A DNA stretch of 45,117 bases from Candidatus Thorarchaeota archaeon (GTDB lineage: Archaea > Asgardarchaeota > Thorarchaeia > Thorarchaeales > Thorarchaeaceae). Each line of letters begins with the position of its first letter. The stretch's first letter is position 1. This document shows, in pieces, positions 35,734 to 45,117 of this stretch. The stretch spans positions 149,657 to 194,773 of the forward strand of contig JBHLRS010000001.1 of the NCBI GenBank assembly GCA_048882325.1. Reading direction: 5' to 3'. A model generated the notes under the pieces. It was not told the origin of the DNA. It worked only from the letters and a program-made list of their open reading frames with translations, and ran no database searches. The translations under genes and the position numbers were made by a program.

Positions 35734-35934
35734 CCCTGTGTTACTCGATTCCATATTCCCCTTTCCTTCAGAGAGATCAGAGCAGAGGCAACCGACAGCT
35801 TGAGTTTTCCCTAAGAATTCATCAAACTCAACACTTCAAATCCTTACCCCACGATTCCTGGCGGCGCTCTCTGCTCCAATCTTCTTTTTCTAGCTATCAG
35901 AAAGAGTATTATCGTGCTAAAACGTTGAGAGGTC

Positions 35935-37401
35935 TTGGTGAGTGCTGTGAGAGACCTTACTGATTTTGCGTTGGATAGATGTGGAAACTTGGGCACCTCA
36001 TACGCAGACATTCGCATTGCTACGATAAAAGATGAGGACATCTCCATCAAACTTGGTAATATTGCTGTGATGGAGCTGAGAAAGGAAATTGGCTTTGGGA
36101 TACGATGTCTTGCTGATGGAGGTTGGGGATTTGCTGGGTCATTCAATCCTTCAAAGGAGGAGATCCGCAGGGTAGCTGAACTGGCTGTTAGAATTGCGAA
36201 AGCTTCAGGGTCAACAAGAAAGAAACCAGTAGAGCTTGTCGATGTCAAGGCTGAAACTGCCTCCTACTCCACGCCGGTCAAGAAGGACCCCTTCAAAGTT
36301 CCTACTGAGGAGAAAGTTGATGAACTTGCAGAAGTTGACAAACGACTAAGAGAACACAGTGATGTAATCAAGTTTACAAACGCAGACTACAGAGGTCATA
36401 TGGAAGACAAAACTTTCGCGAGTTCGGACGGTGCGTACATATCTCAGAAGATTGTCTTTTGTGGTGGCGGTTTTACTTGTGTAGCGATATCTCCCGGGTC
36501 TCCTCCTCAGCGAAGATCGTTTCCAGGTTCATTCAGAGGTGACTTTTCCACAAGTGGCTACGAATTCTTTGAATCACGAGAGTTGTTAGAAAATGTTGAA
36601 CCCATAGCTGATCAAGCAATCGCACTCACAAAGGCTGAACAGTGCCCAACCGAGAAGACCACCTTAATCCTTGATGGACATCAGCTCATGCTTCAGATAC
36701 ATGAAAGCTGTGGACATCCGACTGAGCTGGACCGGGTTCTTGGGACTGAGGCTGCATATGCTGGCACGAGCTTCATGACTGTTGATAAACTGAACTCACT
36801 GAGATATGGAAGTGATCACGTCACTATGACCTCTGACTCAACTATACCTGGAGGTCTTGGCACGTTTGGATACGATGATGAGGGCGTGAAAGCAAAGCGG
36901 GTTGAACTTGTGAAGGATGGACTATTTGTCGGTTATCAGTCATCAAGAGAAACCGCCGCACTAGTAGGTCTTGATGAGAGTTCTGCAGGAATGCGTGCAG
37001 ATAGTCCTCAGAAACTACCACTGATCAGAATGGTGAACATCAACCTAGAACCATCTGGGTGGATCCGAAATGATATCATTGAAGACACAAAACGTGGGAT
37101 ACTCATGTCAACCAACAAGAGTTGGAGTATTGATGACAAACGACTCAACTTCCAATTTGGGACAGAGATTGCTTGGGAGATCATTGATGGAGAGATTGGT
37201 CAGATGTTCAAGAATCCAACATACACGGGAATCACACCTGAGTTCTGGGGCAGCATGGATGCCTCCTCAAAGGATGACTGGCGAGTATGGGGTACTCCCA
37301 ATTGTGGTAAAGGTCAGCCACCTCAGGTGATGTATGTTGGGCATGGTTGTGGAACAGCTAGATTCTATGACGTTAGGGTTGGGATAATGGAGGGGAAGTG
37401 A
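35935..37401 (+). CDS. tldD: TldD metalloprotease subunit
   Basis: YADIRI, GGWGFA, QIHESCGHPTELD (HExxxH), YDDEG, RMVN, CGKGQP. Confidence 0.92.
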   Translation: MVSAVRDLTDFALDRCGNLGTSYADIRIATIKDEDISIKLGNIAVMELRKEIGFGIRCLADGGWGFAGSFNPSKEEIRRVAELAVRIAKASGSTRKKPVELVDVKAETASYSTPVKKDPFKVPTEEKVDELAEVDKRLREHSDVIKFTNADYRGHMEDKTFASSDGAYISQKIVFCGGGFTCVAISPGSPPQRRSFPGSFRGDFSTSGYEFFESRELLENVEPIADQAIALTKAEQCPTEKTTLILDGHQLMLQIHESCGHPTELDRVLGTEAAYAGTSFMTVDKLNSLRYGSDHVTMTSDSTIPGGLGTFGYDDEGVKAKRVELVKDGLFVGYQSSRETAALVGLDESSAGMRADSPQKLPLIRMVNINLEPSGWIRNDIIEDTKRGILMSTNKSWSIDDKRLNFQFGTEIAWEIIDGEIGQMFKNPTYTGITPEFWGSMDASSKDDWRVWGTPNCGKGQPPQVMYVGHGCGTARFYDVRVGIMEGK

Positions 37402-37402
37402 A

Positions 37403-38785
37403 ATGGAAAACAACAAGGAAATACTACTGGATAAGGCTCGAATGATTCTGAAGGAAGCTGAAAAACTTGGTGTTTCGCAGGCACAGGCAATGATCACTCT
37501 AACAAGCAATGCACTGACAAGATTAGCAAATAGTATCATTGATCAGAATGTTGCTGAACGACATGCCAAGATTAGAGTGGTCGTATACTTTGGTAAGAGT
37601 AGTGGATCTGTTGAGTTTGAAGTCCTAGAAGACCGCGATATCAAAGAGGCTGTCGAACACGCGGTCACTCTAGCCCGGATCTCACCTGAGAATAAGGACT
37701 TTCAATCACTTCCAAATCCTGTGAAGTATTCAAGTACTTTCAACATGAGCAAACAAGTCAGCGAAAGCACATTCGCCACTACACCTGAGAAACGGGCAGA
37801 ATTAGCTACTCTCGCTATTGAAACAGTACATACTGTTGATCGTAGGATATTTGCAGTCGCTGGATTTGTGCAAAACACTACAGTCGAGAAGACTGTATCA
37901 AACTCTCTTGGAATTGAAGCATATGAGATGCTTACCTTCTGTGATACTGAGATGACAGTTCTCGCTAGGGATGACAGCGAGGAAACAGCTGGGTGGGCTG
38001 TTGATGCGAGACGTGATGTGAATGATCTCAGGGTCGAGGATGTCGCAAGAATCGCGGCTGAGAAAGCAGCTAATGGTTTTGGATTGAAATATCTGGATCC
38101 TGGAGAGTACGAAGTAGTGCTTGAACCCGCAGCAGCGGCAAACTTGGTTCTCTATACAACATATGTTGGATTCAGTGCACGACGCTATCAAGAATATATG
38201 AGTTACCTTAGAGACCGTATCGGTGAACAGATGTTCTCGGAGAATCTTGACTTCTGGGATGACGCACTTAATCAACGACTTGTTGGTTCGTCGCTTTTTG
38301 ATGATGAAGGTGTACCTCATCAAAAGGTTGACTTAGTTGAGAAAGGTGTTGTCAAAAACTTGGTCTATGATTCACTGACTGCTACCAAGGATGGTGTAGA
38401 GAGTACTGGGAACCACGCAAAGTTCTGGGGGCCTCCTGGACCGATGGCAAGACATGTCATTGTTGGTGAAGGAAATGCTTCGATGGATGAGATGATATCT
38501 GAAACAAAAAAGGGAGTTCTTGTTACACATTTTCATTACATGAACACTGTCAACCCGACAGAGGGTGTGATAACCGCCCTCACGCGTGATGGGGCGTGGT
38601 TTATCGAGGATGGTGAGATTCAACATCCACTACACACTCTAAGGTTCACTGATGCCATACCTCGCTTCTTCAAAGAAATCGAGATGATAGGTAATTATCC
38701 TGACTTCCTCAGAGTACCTCCAACTGGTATGGTACCAGCAATGAAACTACCCTCGTTCAAGTTCTCAGGTTCAAGTAAAGAGTAA
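37403..38785 (+). CDS. tldE: TldE/PmbA partner subunit
   Basis: LTRLANSIIDQN, PGEYEVVLEP, FDDEG, STGN, LTRDG. No HExxxH; directly follows tldD. Confidence 0.88.
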   Translation: MENNKEILLDKARMILKEAEKLGVSQAQAMITLTSNALTRLANSIIDQNVAERHAKIRVVVYFGKSSGSVEFEVLEDRDIKEAVEHAVTLARISPENKDFQSLPNPVKYSSTFNMSKQVSESTFATTPEKRAELATLAIETVHTVDRRIFAVAGFVQNTTVEKTVSNSLGIEAYEMLTFCDTEMTVLARDDSEETAGWAVDARRDVNDLRVEDVARIAAEKAANGFGLKYLDPGEYEVVLEPAAAANLVLYTTYVGFSARRYQEYMSYLRDRIGEQMFSENLDFWDDALNQRLVGSSLFDDEGVPHQKVDLVEKGVVKNLVYDSLTATKDGVESTGNHAKFWGPPGPMARHVIVGEGNASMDEMISETKKGVLVTHFHYMNTVNPTEGVITALTRDGAWFIEDGEIQHPLHTLRFTDAIPRFFKEIEMIGNYPDFLRVPPTGMVPAMKLPSFKFSGSSKE

Positions 38786-38818
38786 GAGCTAACTCAATCG
38801 ATGTTCATGTTGTCAATC

Positions 38819-39421
38819 CTAGTCCTTAGTGAGCTTTGTAATCAGTTCCTCACTAAACTGTTCGAGTATTAGTCCTACTCGGTCCTTAACCTCCTCTGAA
38901 CCATAGAGTGAGGTTAGGAAATTCAGCAGGGCAAGATTATGAAGCATTGAGACTGAGAACTCATTCATGGAATAGAATTTTGAGATACGATCATCAATGA
39001 CCAACTTTGCGTCATCGGTTCCCAGACGCTTGATTGCATCTCTTCTGATATCAAACATTAACGATTCAAACTCTCTAGTCTGTAGGGCTGACCTTATAGG
39101 GCCAATCAGGAAATTCGCTGAGAGTTCGTCATTGAGGTTGTGGCTTCCAATCTCGCGAACACTGTCATTGAATTGCAGCAATACTGGTTCGATGTCGAAT
39201 GGTATCTTCTTGGCTACTGCTTTGAGAAACTCATGAAACCGTTTCTTTCTAATAAGATGAACCCGACTCTGGAATTCCTCCTCAAAGGCGAGGACCACCG
39301 GACCTATCCCCTTGATCGAGAGACGATGCTTCTTGTCCCGACTAAAGAGGACATCCTCTTCTTCTGAGTAGAACTGCAGATGAATCAAATACTTCACCAT
39401 TTGTTCTAAGTCATCAGTCAT
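38819..39421 (-). CDS. Hypothetical helical protein
   Basis: ~200-aa ORF filling the gap. Start placed at ATG 39421. No motif recognised. Confidence 0.7.
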   Translation of the reverse strand: MTDDLEQMVKYLIHLQFYSEEEDVLFSRDKKHRLSIKGIGPVVLAFEEEFQSRVHLIRKKRFHEFLKAVAKKIPFDIEPVLLQFNDSVREIGSHNLNDELSANFLIGPIRSALQTREFESLMFDIRRDAIKRLGTDDAKLVIDDRISKFYSMNEFSVSMLHNLALLNFLTSLYGSEEVKDRVGLILEQFSEELITKLTKD

Positions 39422-39600
39422 TTCGCAGATACCAAAATCAAATGAGCAATAGAACATATATCCCTAATTGGGGGGATTCCACGATTATTTTTCACTTGGC
39501 ATCATCAGAAATCCCTGATTAATGAAATCCTACTTCAATCGAGATATTTGATTCTTGGTTAAAAGAGAGAGTACAGACGCAAACTTGCATCAAGTATTTT

Positions 39601-40218
39601 CTATTCGACTGCATGACTTATCCATGTAAGTGGCGATGTAAGGGTGAATGTTACATTGCTCTGATACTGAAATTGTATTCTAACATATGCGCTTTCAGGA
39701 AGCCTATCGAACTCACTGTCTGAGAGTTTGTAGCTACCCATATCTGCGCAGTACAATTCCGCTGAACTAAAAGCAGGGATTGGATCGATGTCAATTGGTA
39801 CGCCCGGTCCATAGAAAGCCGCCAAGAACGAATAGATTGCCTTGCCTCTTGGACGGAATACAGTTCCAGTAGTAGGCGTGAAATCAACTATCTCATCGGT
39901 GCCATTGTTTGATACCTCTATGGTTAAAGAGCAACCCATTGTTGTCGGTCCAAAATGCGGATCCATTGTGTAAATACTCGTTCTCAGTATGCAAATCTGA
40001 ATGTCTTCATAAACTATGACAAGGTCGAGACCATCTGTGTTTCCAGGATAAGGCTCAAGATGATCCGGTCGCTGGGTTGATGTCTCCTGCGCAATCAGGA
40101 GTGGTATCCCCGTTATCAGAACATACAATGCGACTAACATGAGGACCTTTATCATGCGGTCTTGTTTGAAATCAAGCCTTTTTCCAAAGATTTTCACCAT
40201 CACTCTCGAGACTCCCAA
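39601..40218 (-). CDS. Hypothetical membrane-anchored protein
   Basis: One N-terminal TM helix followed by a beta-rich domain. Start codon uncertain. Confidence 0.65.
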   Translation of the reverse strand: MGVSRVMVKIFGKRLDFKQDRMIKVLMLVALYVLITGIPLLIAQETSTQRPDHLEPYPGNTDGLDLVIVYEDIQICILRTSIYTMDPHFGPTTMGCSLTIEVSNNGTDEIVDFTPTTGTVFRPRGKAIYSFLAAFYGPGVPIDIDPIPAFSSAELYCADMGSYKLSDSEFDRLPESAYVRIQFQYQSNVTFTLTSPLTWISHAVE

Positions 40219-40367
40219 TCATATTTCGTGAAAATCGAGATAATTTTTTCGCGAAAGAAAAAAGCAGTCCAGCTGAACCCTCTCACGATGGTGTGCGTGA
40301 TAGTGAAACCCTAGAGGGGGCAATTTTTTATCTTACTACAGATTTCAACTACTCAGCGTGATTAATC

Positions 40368-41420
40368 ATGGCATCATATATTGGTATATTCAAGGGTAGA
40401 GACTGGTTAGAAACCCAGTCATGGTCACAAGAAGAACTTAAGACGCTGATAGATGCAGCAAAGGAACTGAAAAAGAAGTACAAAGATAGAGTATCTACTT
40501 CGGACATACTTCGTGAAAGAACGCTTTTCATGATCTTCTTCAATAGATCACTTCGAACAAGGAATAGCTTCGAGGGAGGTATGACGCAGTTAGGTGGTCA
40601 TGCACATTTCCTATCTCCACAGGACATCTACGTTCCTGCACTCCCAGAGGATGAAGAGGCATACAAGACCGAGAGAATTGCGGATGTTGCACGAGTCCTT
40701 GATGAAATGGGCGATGCGATTGCTATCAGGCTTTATGGAGATGCCGCAAAGTGGCAATACGGACGAGGCCATCGCACACTGCAGGAGTTTGCCAAATGGG
40801 CCAAGATTCCTGTGATAAATATGGAGGATGATGTGTATCACCCATGTCAAGCATTGGCAGACATTCAAGCTGTAGATGAGCATGTAGGTAAGTTTCAGGG
40901 CAAGAAGTATGTCATGTCATGGGCTTTTAGTGAAGGTCTCAAACCACTCGCTGTGCCACAGAGCTGTGTTCTGAGTGCTACCAAGATGGGGATGGACGTT
41001 GTTTTTGCACGACCAAAGGGATTCGAGCTTGATGACAAAATAATCGAATATTGCAAGGAGAATGCTGACCGGTATGGTGGAGGTTTCGAGGAAACTGACA
41101 ACATGGAAGAGGCATTCGAGGGTGCTCACGTGGTTTATCCTAAGAGCTGGACAGCTAGAGCTGCATTGCCAGGTCCGTGGGGTGGTCCTCCCGAGCCAGA
41201 CAAGAACCTAGCTCTAGAATACGCACGCAAGAATAAGTCGTGGATTTGTGATCAGGCCAAAATGGACTTGACATCAAAAGCAATCTATATGCACTGCCTT
41301 CCTGCAGACCGTGGCATGGAGGTCACTGATGAAGTAATTGACGGACCTCAGAGCATTGTCTTTGATGAAGCAGGAAACAGAATGCACGCACAGAAAGCCC
41401 TAATGGCAGCTATAATGTAA
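40368..41420 (+). CDS. Carbamoyltransferase, knotted type (N-acetylornithine carbamoyltransferase/YgeW-like)
   Basis: FFNRSLRTR, INMEDDVYHPCQ, SWAFSEGLKPLAVPQS, VYPKSW, HCLPADRG, EAGNR. The canonical OTCase DxxxSMG motif is absent. Confidence 0.82.
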   Translation: MASYIGIFKGRDWLETQSWSQEELKTLIDAAKELKKKYKDRVSTSDILRERTLFMIFFNRSLRTRNSFEGGMTQLGGHAHFLSPQDIYVPALPEDEEAYKTERIADVARVLDEMGDAIAIRLYGDAAKWQYGRGHRTLQEFAKWAKIPVINMEDDVYHPCQALADIQAVDEHVGKFQGKKYVMSWAFSEGLKPLAVPQSCVLSATKMGMDVVFARPKGFELDDKIIEYCKENADRYGGGFEETDNMEEAFEGAHVVYPKSWTARAALPGPWGGPPEPDKNLALEYARKNKSWICDQAKMDLTSKAIYMHCLPADRGMEVTDEVIDGPQSIVFDEAGNRMHAQKALMAAIM

Positions 41421-41429
41421 GAAAGTGAT

Positions 41430-41459
41430 TGAGGGGGGGACTGTTCAGTCAGCCCCTCA
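41430..41459 (+). terminator. Hairpin plus pyrimidine tract after the carbamoyltransferase gene
   Basis: TGAGGGG-GG-GACTG-TT-CAGTC-AG-CCCCTCA, then TCTTCTTTTCTCTT. Confidence 0.6.
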
Positions 41460-41546
41460 TCGTATCTTCTTTTCTCTTCAATTGCTCCTTCTCGATGATT
41501 TCACTCCGAAAGTGAGTACTCGGGACAACAGATTCATGATATAGAT

Positions 41547-42224
41547 ATGGACAGTTTGAGTTTATGTGAGTTCATCGAACAGATGTTTCAGCTACATTTC
41601 ATTTATCTGTTAGTTTATCAAACATTATCTATTAGCACTTCTAGTATAACTAAGAGTGGACAAAGTATGAAAAGCGCTTTTGGTAGTCGTACTGTGTATA
41701 TAGACTGCTATGATGCTCTAGGTTTCTTTGAAGAGAATCACCAAAGAGTCATGATAGTAATGTCCGCTATTGGCGAATCAAGTCTTCTGAAGAGGGATTG
41801 GGTGTCAGGTCGAGCTGCGGGTGGGACTTGGGCTAGGACTATGAGATGTGTGTTCGAAACTGACTTGGACCCAATTCACATTAAGACAATGATGCTTGGT
41901 CTTCAGTATCTTGATTCAAAGGACGTTCCAGAAATAATCCCAAAAGATGCAGATACTGGACTTTTCAGATTTGCCAACTTTGATGTCTTTGATGTTCAGG
42001 GGGCTGGAGATGAGAATAAAAGTCGACTGGGCAGATTGTTGAAGCAACCTGAAAGGAAGATTGAAACGACTGAATTGGAGTATTTTGGCGATGCTTCAGA
42101 TTTCTTCATAATATGCAGAAATCGCCTCATTGAGCATTTGGATGAAGCATCTCATCAGAAGCTTCTCGAGATTGAACAACAGATTCTTGAAAAAATCGCA
42201 ACAGAAGAGAGGCTGAAGGGTTAG
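41547..42224 (+). CDS. Hypothetical protein (true start probably near 41751-41760)
   Basis: Long ORF whose C-terminal ~155 aa look protein-like; the N-terminal part looks intergenic. Confidence 0.6.
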   Translation: MDSLSLCEFIEQMFQLHFIYLLVYQTLSISTSSITKSGQSMKSAFGSRTVYIDCYDALGFFEENHQRVMIVMSAIGESSLLKRDWVSGRAAGGTWARTMRCVFETDLDPIHIKTMMLGLQYLDSKDVPEIIPKDADTGLFRFANFDVFDVQGAGDENKSRLGRLLKQPERKIETTELEYFGDASDFFIICRNRLIEHLDEASHQKLLEIEQQILEKIATEERLKG

Positions 42225-42416
42225 CCAAACCAAGTAACTACTTCTTCTTTGGGTCATGAATTATCAAATCTAGTTTCTCCAATGCACTCCTTAGTGTTTG
42301 AAAGTCTTCCTTACTCACACATCGTGTGAACTTTGTGAAAGATGTCTCGCAAAGTGGTTCGTGCCCTCCATGCTCTTTTAAGGGGCAATAATCTGACAGT
42401 GAATCTGGTGGTTTTC

Positions 42417-42857
42417 ATGAACAAGGTTACTGATGAAATTGAGGAGATCATCAATAGAGAGAGGCGTGCTTGGGACACAAAGGATGTTCACTTATTGCTC
42501 TCAGTCTTTCATCATGATATGGTATGGCCATGGCCTCCTGACGCAAAGACACATGATCCCATAGACTGGATTTTCCCTTGGGGTCGGTTTAGCGCAGAGA
42601 GATGGGGTCAGCTATGGCAAGAACTCTTTGACACTCACGAATTAGTCCATAATGTACGAACCATCAAGAAAATCGAGGTTTCGAAGGAGGGGGATGGTGC
42701 ATTTGCAGTTGTTGATATTGACACCCTGTGGCGAGATGCTTCGGGAAACGAAGACCACTGGATTGGGCGTACTTGTAAGTTCTATGCGAAAGTTGGAATG
42801 GAGTGGAAGATGACTGCTCAGGTGGGTGTCCTGGACTATGATGATGTGACTATATGA
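42417..42857 (+). CDS. SnoaL/NTF2-like protein
   Basis: AWDTKDVHLLLSVFHHD...AFAVVDIDTLW...WKMTAQ cone-fold pattern. ATG at 42417. Confidence 0.75.
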   Translation: MNKVTDEIEEIINRERRAWDTKDVHLLLSVFHHDMVWPWPPDAKTHDPIDWIFPWGRFSAERWGQLWQELFDTHELVHNVRTIKKIEVSKEGDGAFAVVDIDTLWRDASGNEDHWIGRTCKFYAKVGMEWKMTAQVGVLDYDDVTI

Positions 42858-42943
42858 AAAACGCCTCATCATCTCACCCAATGCTTAAAGGGCACCCCGC
42901 ACATTGCATCTGAATCGAATTATCGAAAGTTGGAGAGAAAATC

Positions 42944-45117
42944 ATGAAGCGAAAGGTTGTGAACCTAGCTCTCTCTTTCATTGGTCCTATCGCATTGATC
43001 ATTATTCTGACTATGCCCATTGGACCATTGACTGGGGGGTTAGGAATCATTCAACCCATTGGTGGAATATTCGACAACGGCGCTCCAGGGCCCGGTGATC
43101 AGAGAATCAAGCTCACAGGTCTGGATGCCGAGGTCGAGGTGATTATCGACTATCTGGGAGTACCCCACATCTATGCAGAGTCCACCTATGATGCTATGAT
43201 GGCACTAGGATATATGCATGCAAGGGACAGACTGTTTCAAGTAGTGATGCAGAATGCTTTTGCAGCTGGGCGAGTCAGTGAGATTGTGGGTGGATATGCT
43301 GCTAGTTCAGACAAGTTCTACCGTTCGATTGGTCTGGCCCGTTCTGCGCAAGCCACACTAGACTGGTATGAGGCAAATGCACCTTTTGATGCTAATGTGT
43401 CAGAAACATTAGATGGTATTTATGCTGAAGTCGAAGGTGCAAATGCATACATCGACTCATTGACAAGTGCAACAATGCCAATGGAGTTCAAAGTTCTAGG
43501 ATACACTCCACAACATTGGACCCCTGTGGACTGTTTCATAAACGCGAAGATGCTTGCTTGGGGGCTTGCTGGAGGTTTGGGAGATTTCCAACGTCTATGG
43601 GCACGTCAGACGTTGGACAATGACACACTATACAATGATCTATTTCCTGATGTGATGCCCTATACAATTCCGATAATTCAGGAGCAGGTCAATCTGAGTC
43701 TTTCAAAGTATTCACTAGCTCCAGGAAAGGTGTCAGCATCAACTATTCCTGATCAGTCATCTAGCATTACATTGGCTGAGGAAGCAACAATTCCTCAAGA
43801 GAAGATAGAAGGCGTTATCAAGATGATGAATGATGTCATCGAACCATTTGGTGATCTGGAGTTTGTTGGTAGTAATAATTGGGCTGTAGGTGGTTCGAAG
43901 TCATCTACAGGAATGCCCATTGTCGCTGGAGACCCGCATCTTGGACATCAAGCACCCTCAGTGTGGTATGAGGCACACATTGTTGTCCCCGGAGTACTCG
44001 ATGTGACTGGTACAACATTTCCAGGACTTCCATCTATTCTCATCGGTCATAATGACCATGTAGCGTACAGCTTCACCAATGTTGGTGCTGATGTGAACGA
44101 TGTCTTCGTTGAACAGCTCAATCCTGCTAATCCTGACCAGTATATGTACAATGGCGAGTGGAGAGACTTCACCATCTACCAAGAAGACATTCACACAAAG
44201 GAGGGTAATGTCATTGAATTCTCCGTCAAGGAATCAATTCATGGGCCTTGCATCGATTCTGTTTGGAACAACTATGGATCAGATACAGAATCTGAACCAA
44301 ACTTGGCAATGAACTGGACCATATCTGGTGCAACACATGAGCTGATAGCAACGAATCTGCTGATGAAGGCTGATGACATCTATGAAGCCATAGATGCATT
44401 CTACTGGTGGGACACTGCAGCTCAGAACTGCGTGTTTGGTGATGATTCTGGAAACATCGGTATGCTGGTGGTTGGGCGACTACCAATACGAGCCGGGTAC
44501 ACAGGTGAATACCCGGTGACTGCCCTCAATGACTCGGTTGGCATGGTGGGCTATGTACCATATGCTCACAATCCCCGAGAAATAAACCCGTCTAGAGGAT
44601 TTGTATCGTCTGCTAACCAGCGTACAATTGATCCAAGCAGCTATGCATACGATATCCTAGGTCCACAGGCTAATGGTTATCGAGGCAGGCGGATTTATCA
44701 TCTCTTGGATGTAAATGAAAACATATCAGTGGATGACATGAAACGATTCCAGGCTGATGTTGTAGAAGTCAGAGCAGAGGTCATTGTCCCCTACATTGTC
44801 GATGCTTGGGATGCAGTAGGTGATGGCAACACAACCATTGCAGATGCTGTTGACCTACTTCGAGTCTGGGAGTATGATATGGAACCTAATTTGGTTGCAC
44901 CTACCATCTGGATGTATCTAATCGATGCACTCCATTATGAAATCTTTGATGAGATTAGGACTATTGATAGTTCTATTCCATTGTCGAGGACTCCAATCTT
45001 AGAAGAGCTCATCGTGACAAACAACGCTTGGTACTTGGATGACCATACCACAGGTACTGTGGAAACACGTGATGATATTCTTGTACGAGCATTGGTTTCT
45101 GCGATTGATGAACTCTC
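42944..45117 (+). CDS. Penicillin acylase family (peptidase S45, Ntn-hydrolase), membrane-anchored/secreted, partial (runs off the right edge)
   Basis: Not in the ORF track. From ATG 42944: MKRKVVNLALSFIG..., GVPHIYA, GYMHARDRLFQ, G-SNNWAV (nucleophile Ser codon 43871, in frame), AGDPHL, WYEAH, SANQR. Confidence 0.92.
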   Translation, partial: MKRKVVNLALSFIGPIALIIILTMPIGPLTGGLGIIQPIGGIFDNGAPGPGDQRIKLTGLDAEVEVIIDYLGVPHIYAESTYDAMMALGYMHARDRLFQVVMQNAFAAGRVSEIVGGYAASSDKFYRSIGLARSAQATLDWYEANAPFDANVSETLDGIYAEVEGANAYIDSLTSATMPMEFKVLGYTPQHWTPVDCFINAKMLAWGLAGGLGDFQRLWARQTLDNDTLYNDLFPDVMPYTIPIIQEQVNLSLSKYSLAPGKVSASTIPDQSSSITLAEEATIPQEKIEGVIKMMNDVIEPFGDLEFVGSNNWAVGGSKSSTGMPIVAGDPHLGHQAPSVWYEAHIVVPGVLDVTGTTFPGLPSILIGHNDHVAYSFTNVGADVNDVFVEQLNPANPDQYMYNGEWRDFTIYQEDIHTKEGNVIEFSVKESIHGPCIDSVWNNYGSDTESEPNLAMNWTISGATHELIATNLLMKADDIYEAIDAFYWWDTAAQNCVFGDDSGNIGMLVVGRLPIRAGYTGEYPVTALNDSVGMVGYVPYAHNPREINPSRGFVSSANQRTIDPSSYAYDILGPQANGYRGRRIYHLLDVNENISVDDMKRFQADVVEVRAEVIVPYIVDAWDAVGDGNTTIADAVDLLRVWEYDMEPNLVAPTIWMYLIDALHYEIFDEIRTIDSSIPLSRTPILEELIVTNNAWYLDDHTTGTVETRDDILVRALVSAIDEL

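Noticed and set aside
40278-40320. Possible branched RNA structure upstream of the carbamoyltransferase (CCCTCT...AGAGGG)
   Set aside because: Stems are short and lie upstream of the TATA-like TTTTTATC, so they are probably not in the transcript.
410-44486. Many 60-180 aa ORFs antisense or out of frame within long genes
   Set aside because: They are shadows of well-supported genes with no independent motifs.

Overview
Gene-dense archaeal chromosome segment, probably Asgard (Thorarchaeia-like). This is inferred from a Rab-like small GTPase, tandem ~90-aa Ig-like surface repeats, a stand-alone TrpB2 and an ADP-forming acyl-CoA synthetase subunit. The main feature (1450-16399) is an unusual complex I-like (Nuo/Fpo-type) locus with several departures from the canonical enzyme. 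NuoB is fused to the C-terminus of a GlcD/D-lactate-dehydrogenase-like FAD oxidoreductase. There is no nuoEFG or fpoF in the window. There are four antiporter-like subunits (M-L-M-N), and the NuoL lateral helix carries a 26-residue internal duplication, the '2M' signature. NuoD lacks both the NiFe CxxC pairs and the canonical quinone-site Tyr. Divergent from this locus is a secreted CxxCH + Ig-repeat protein that the ORF track missed. The rest of the window holds signalling genes (Rab-like GTPase, PAS/GAF histidine kinase, receiver protein), an 85-nt structured hairpin upstream of trpB2, and an 1839-aa FG-GAP/Ig/7TM surface protein. It also holds a macrodomain pair divergent from a Nudix gene that seems to need a non-canonical (CTG) start, tldD/tldE, a knotted-type carbamoyltransferase and a partial penicillin-acylase-family gene. 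I saw no rRNA, tRNA, CRISPR array or mobile element. All calls come from motif reading only; no database searches were run.
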